Assembly: GCA_051013385.1 (NCBI GenBank)
Contig: CP143273.1
Coordinates: 1,216,001-1,280,000, forward strand
DNA: 64,000 nt
Source: Phormidium sp.
GTDB taxonomy: Bacteria > Cyanobacteriota > Cyanobacteriia > Cyanobacteriales > Aerosakkonemataceae
Direction of reading: 5' to 3'
Shown: positions 60,932-64,000 of the stretch, piece after piece
How the letters are laid out: every line of letters starts with the position of its first letter
Numbering within the stretch: the stretch's first letter is position 1
The notes under the pieces: model-generated
Seen by the model: the letters and a program-made list of their open reading frames with translations, nothing else
Databases searched by the model: none
Told to the model about the DNA's origin: nothing
Made by a program: the position numbers and the translations under genes

Positions 60932-61153
60932 TTATCCCTGTTCACCTTCGATCGCAGCTTCCTGTTGAGGACGTTCAAGCGCCGGAGGAAAATCTACATA
61001 TTCTTCGGCTCTATGCACTTCACTATTAAGAACTTCTTCCCGTAAAATATCTTCGGGCTCTACTGAATCGTCAGCAGCAGAAACAAACACATCATTTGCA
61101 TTAGTGTTGGGTTTATTACTACTGCCTTTATGACTTGCATGACCACTGGGCAT
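60932..61153 (-). CDS. Small acidic hypothetical protein
   Basis: GAGG RBS; same strand and close spacing as its neighbours. Confidence 0.65.
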   Translation of the reverse strand: MPSGHASHKGSSNKPNTNANDVFVSAADDSVEPEDILREEVLNSEVHRAEEYVDFPPALERPQQEAAIEGEQG

Positions 61154-61395
61154 AATTTTTACCTCTACTAGTAATAAGCGAATATATAATCACAGTAAAG
61201 ATAAAAGTTTGGCGATTACACTATCTTAGGGTGTAGGGAATAGTAATTTTTTAAACCGCAGAGGCGCAGAGGACGCAGAGGGAAGAGAAGGAGGGATTTA
61301 CTAAGTTTAAAAAGTTTAATTTGTGGTTAAACTTAGGTTTTCTGTATCTACCATAAGGGTTAAATTTTCGCCTAGATCATTAGGGTTTCTTTTGA

Positions 61396-61587
61396 CTAAT
61401 GTAACATAAACTTTGCCGCAGGTTGCACCAAAGCTGCATTTGCCGCAAAAGCTAAGGCAGTCACACAGAAATTAATTGTCAATCTTCCCATGAGCGAATC
61501 TGTCCTTTCTCTTAAAGGGAAAACCTTTTCCAACAGTAAGAGAATCAGGAAAATTCCTAAGACGATCGCCGGAGTGTAAGCCAACAT
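61396..61587 (-). pseudogene. N-terminal fragment of a sterol desaturase/fatty-acid hydroxylase family gene
   Basis: LLLLEKVFPLR...RLTIN resembles the family N-terminus; stops at 63 aa with no His boxes. Confidence 0.55.
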
Positions 61588-61598
61588 TTACTCAACCT

Positions 61599-62243
61599 TT
61601 AATGCACTAATGAAGCCCGCTGATGTTGTAAAAACCACTCATATAAAGCGGGATTATTATAAGTTTCTGTCCAAGAATCATGCCCAGCTTCCGGGTAAAC
61701 AGTAAACTTAACATCGCCCCCAAATTTTCTGACAGCCTGTACCATTTTTTCCGATTCACTGAGGGCAACTATGTTATCTTTTGCTCCATGAAATGCCCAC
61801 ACAGGCAGATTTTTTAAATAAAAAGCTGCACCTACATCTCCACCACCACAAATGGGTGCAATAGCAGCAAAAAGATCGGGTTTGGCAGCTGCTAAATGCC
61901 AAGTACCATAACCACCCATACTTAAACCAGTTAAGTAAATTCTTTCTGGGTCAATTTTGTAATTGGCGATCGCCTCATCCAGTAATCTAATCAATAATGG
62001 TACTGCCCAATATTGCTGATGAGGACATTGGGGCGAAATCACAAGAAAAGGAAAATTTGGCTGTTCTTCCACTACCCTAGAAACGCCATTTCTTTTTAGG
62101 AATTCCAGGTTACTTCCCCGTTCACCCGCCCCATGTAGAAACAGAATTAACGACCATTTTTCTTTGGTTTCGTAACCTTTTGGTAGAAACAGTAAATAGT
62201 TGTAAGTTCGATTGCCAATTATTTGTTGTTGCATCACTTCCAC
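61599..62243 (-). CDS. Phospholipase/carboxylesterase-like serine hydrolase
   Basis: FLHGAGERG, GLSMGG, FHGAKD, GHDSW. Confidence 0.9.
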   Translation of the reverse strand: MEVMQQQIIGNRTYNYLLFLPKGYETKEKWSLILFLHGAGERGSNLEFLKRNGVSRVVEEQPNFPFLVISPQCPHQQYWAVPLLIRLLDEAIANYKIDPERIYLTGLSMGGYGTWHLAAAKPDLFAAIAPICGGGDVGAAFYLKNLPVWAFHGAKDNIVALSESEKMVQAVRKFGGDVKFTVYPEAGHDSWTETYNNPALYEWFLQHQRASLVH

Positions 62244-62251
62244 TCTAAAAT

Positions 62252-62551
62252 TTAACTTTTTGCTAAATATTGCTCAAACCACTGACGCGCCATTTTTGCT
62301 ACTTCTTCCAGCGCCCCAGTTTCTTCAAAAAGATGACTAGCACCAGGAACAATTTCTAACTTTTTATCCCCTGATAATTGCGCCAATGCTTGCTGATTCA
62401 TTTCAATTACAGGCTCATCTTTTTCACCTACAATTAGTAATGTTGGTGCTTGTACATTTGCTAGGGATGATTCAGCTAAATCAGGTCTGCCACCCCGCGA
62501 AACTAGTTTCCTAATATTATCTGTTAGCCGAGTTGTGGTGAAGTTGGGCAT
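62252..62551 (-). pseudogene. C-terminal fragment of a dienelactone hydrolase-like gene
   Basis: VSRGGRPDLA..APTLLIVG..VPGASHLFEE present; nucleophile motif and N-half absent. Confidence 0.65.
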
Positions 62552-62901
62552 AATTTCCCCCTTCCTTTTCTGCGTTTGGTTTCCCAAAATGGGAAACTGT
62601 TCTCAAGCAGCAATCAAAACTAACGGAAGAGTTTTTCCGCTAGGTTGCTGTTATCTCCACGCTATCGGCTACTATTTTTTTACTCTTCTATCTAATGAGA
62701 GGGATTCAAAACTCAACACTCCGAATATCGATTACCTAAATGTTTGCTATAGATGCTTGGGATGGGCGGGTTTTGATTTTAATCTTAGTAAAGCATTCAA
62801 AACTTTTGGCTAAACCCGCCCCTACCCATATCCTCGTTCCCTGGTTCAACCAGGGAACGAAAAATAGAGGCAGAGCCTCTTGATGCAAGATCTGAGTCTG
62901 C

Positions 62902-63372
62902 CTACTCTGTCCATTTACTAAACGGATATTTAATCAAGTTGGCGTTGAAGTATCTCGGATCGTGGGAAACTTCCATGCCTACCCATTCTGGCAATTCTAT
63001 CACTTGATCTTCTGCTTTCAGTTCTACCTCAGCAATAATTAATCCGGCATTCTCCCCAAAAAATTCGTCTACTTCCCACGTTAATTCCCCATGTTTAATT
63101 ATGTATCGAGTTTTTTCAATCAATGGCTGTTCACACATTGTTTCTATCATGGTTTGAGCGTCGCTCAGTGGAATTTGGTATTCAAACTCGGCTCTGGAAT
63201 TACCAATACTTAAACCCTTAATTGTTATGTAACCTCGATCGCCTACAACCCGTACCCTAACCACAGCTTCTTTCTTAGTGCAAATATATCCTTGGCGGTA
63301 GGTGATGCCAGTGGCAAGGGATCGCCATTTGTCGCCATTTACAAGGAATTTTCGCTCAATTTCAATAGCCAT
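62902..63372 (-). CDS. CYTH domain protein
   Basis: EIERKFLV, RAEFEY, WEVDEF, AEVEL. Confidence 0.94.
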   Translation of the reverse strand: MAIEIERKFLVNGDKWRSLATGITYRQGYICTKKEAVVRVRVVGDRGYITIKGLSIGNSRAEFEYQIPLSDAQTMIETMCEQPLIEKTRYIIKHGELTWEVDEFFGENAGLIIAEVELKAEDQVIELPEWVGMEVSHDPRYFNANLIKYPFSKWTE

Positions 63373-63657
63373 GACTGATAAATTTCATCAAACCTTAATC
63401 GCAGTAACTTTTACTTAATTGTAGCGGTTTACATCTGTAAAAGATTAAACCTCTAGTTAAATACTCATAAATTGCAAAAGTTATGAAAACTTGACAAAAA
63501 TAACGAATAATGTATACTGAATAACTGACTTTCCAGTAGATTCAACATAGTCGTTTAAAAAAATCATGCTAGAATATAGCAATAAAGTAAACAGCTATAC
63601 ATTTCTACTGGTTTAAATAACTTGTATCTTTGTCTAATGGGAAATTGATACAGACCC

Positions 63658-63781
63658 CAATACTGCTCGGTTAACGATTTTCCCCTTTGTAGGGGCGAAG
63701 CATTCGGGCAGAAAATCTAGGGTTTGAGTCATAAATTGTTGCCCGAATGCTTCGCCCCTACTCAAAACCCGAGCGGTATTG
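63658..63781. mobile_element. 124-bp MITE with a 10-bp target-site duplication and an internal REP hairpin
   Basis: TIR CAATACTGCTCGG / CCGAGCGGTATTG; ATACAGACCC at 63648-63657 and 63782-63791. Confidence 0.88.
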
Positions 63782-64000
63782 ATACAGACCCTATCTGCGA
63801 GTTAATCTTTAGCAAATACGATCGAAGAGGACACCGACTTGACAAGAGTATAAAAACGCTCTGGCTGAAAGTAAAAGATACATTCTCTCTAAAAGAATGG
63901 GCAAAGCTAACCTCTGTAACTCTGTCTAAATGCAGAATGGCAGAGTTGCCAAATTTTACCTCTTTGAGCGAATGTGTATCGAGCAAAAATTTCCTATTTT

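Noticed and set aside
63762..63986. 74-aa minus-strand ORF
   Set aside because: Stop lies inside the MITE, no recognisable motif, and the opposite strand is equally open; cannot be called at the window edge

Overview
64 kb of a filamentous cyanobacterial chromosome (abundant HIP1 GCGATCGC, psaE, ndhO, pedR, many REP/STRR-type repeats; probably Oscillatoriales). Housekeeping genes (metH, mdh, ndhO, fpg, psaE, cynS, leuC, queE, gltX, tRNA-Thr) are interleaved with accessory loci. The strongest candidate for an undescribed system is a pair of loci on either side of metH (3762-5115 and 9904-13319) with the same layout. Each has a regulator with a paralogous N-terminal HTH (stand-alone in one, fused to a STAND ATPase and TPRs in the other), an intergenic array of short motifs spaced about one helical turn apart, a divergent small Ala/Gly/Thr-rich gene with a strong RBS, a perfect 14-bp hairpin starting 11 nt after its stop, and a second small gene. 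Other points of interest: an HNH gene abutting tRNA-Thr; an orphan A-PCP-TE NRPS-like enzyme lacking the amino-acid-binding Asp; a giant secreted nuclease/phytase-like gene split by one in-frame TGA and carrying a nested domain; a HipA-like/HIRAN pair with the kinase core deleted; an ABC-ATPase + TOPRIM-like pair; tandem psaE paralogues; a MITE with a 10-bp target-site duplication; and many repeats inserted in frame into proteins. All family assignments come from recognising motifs by eye; no database searches were run.
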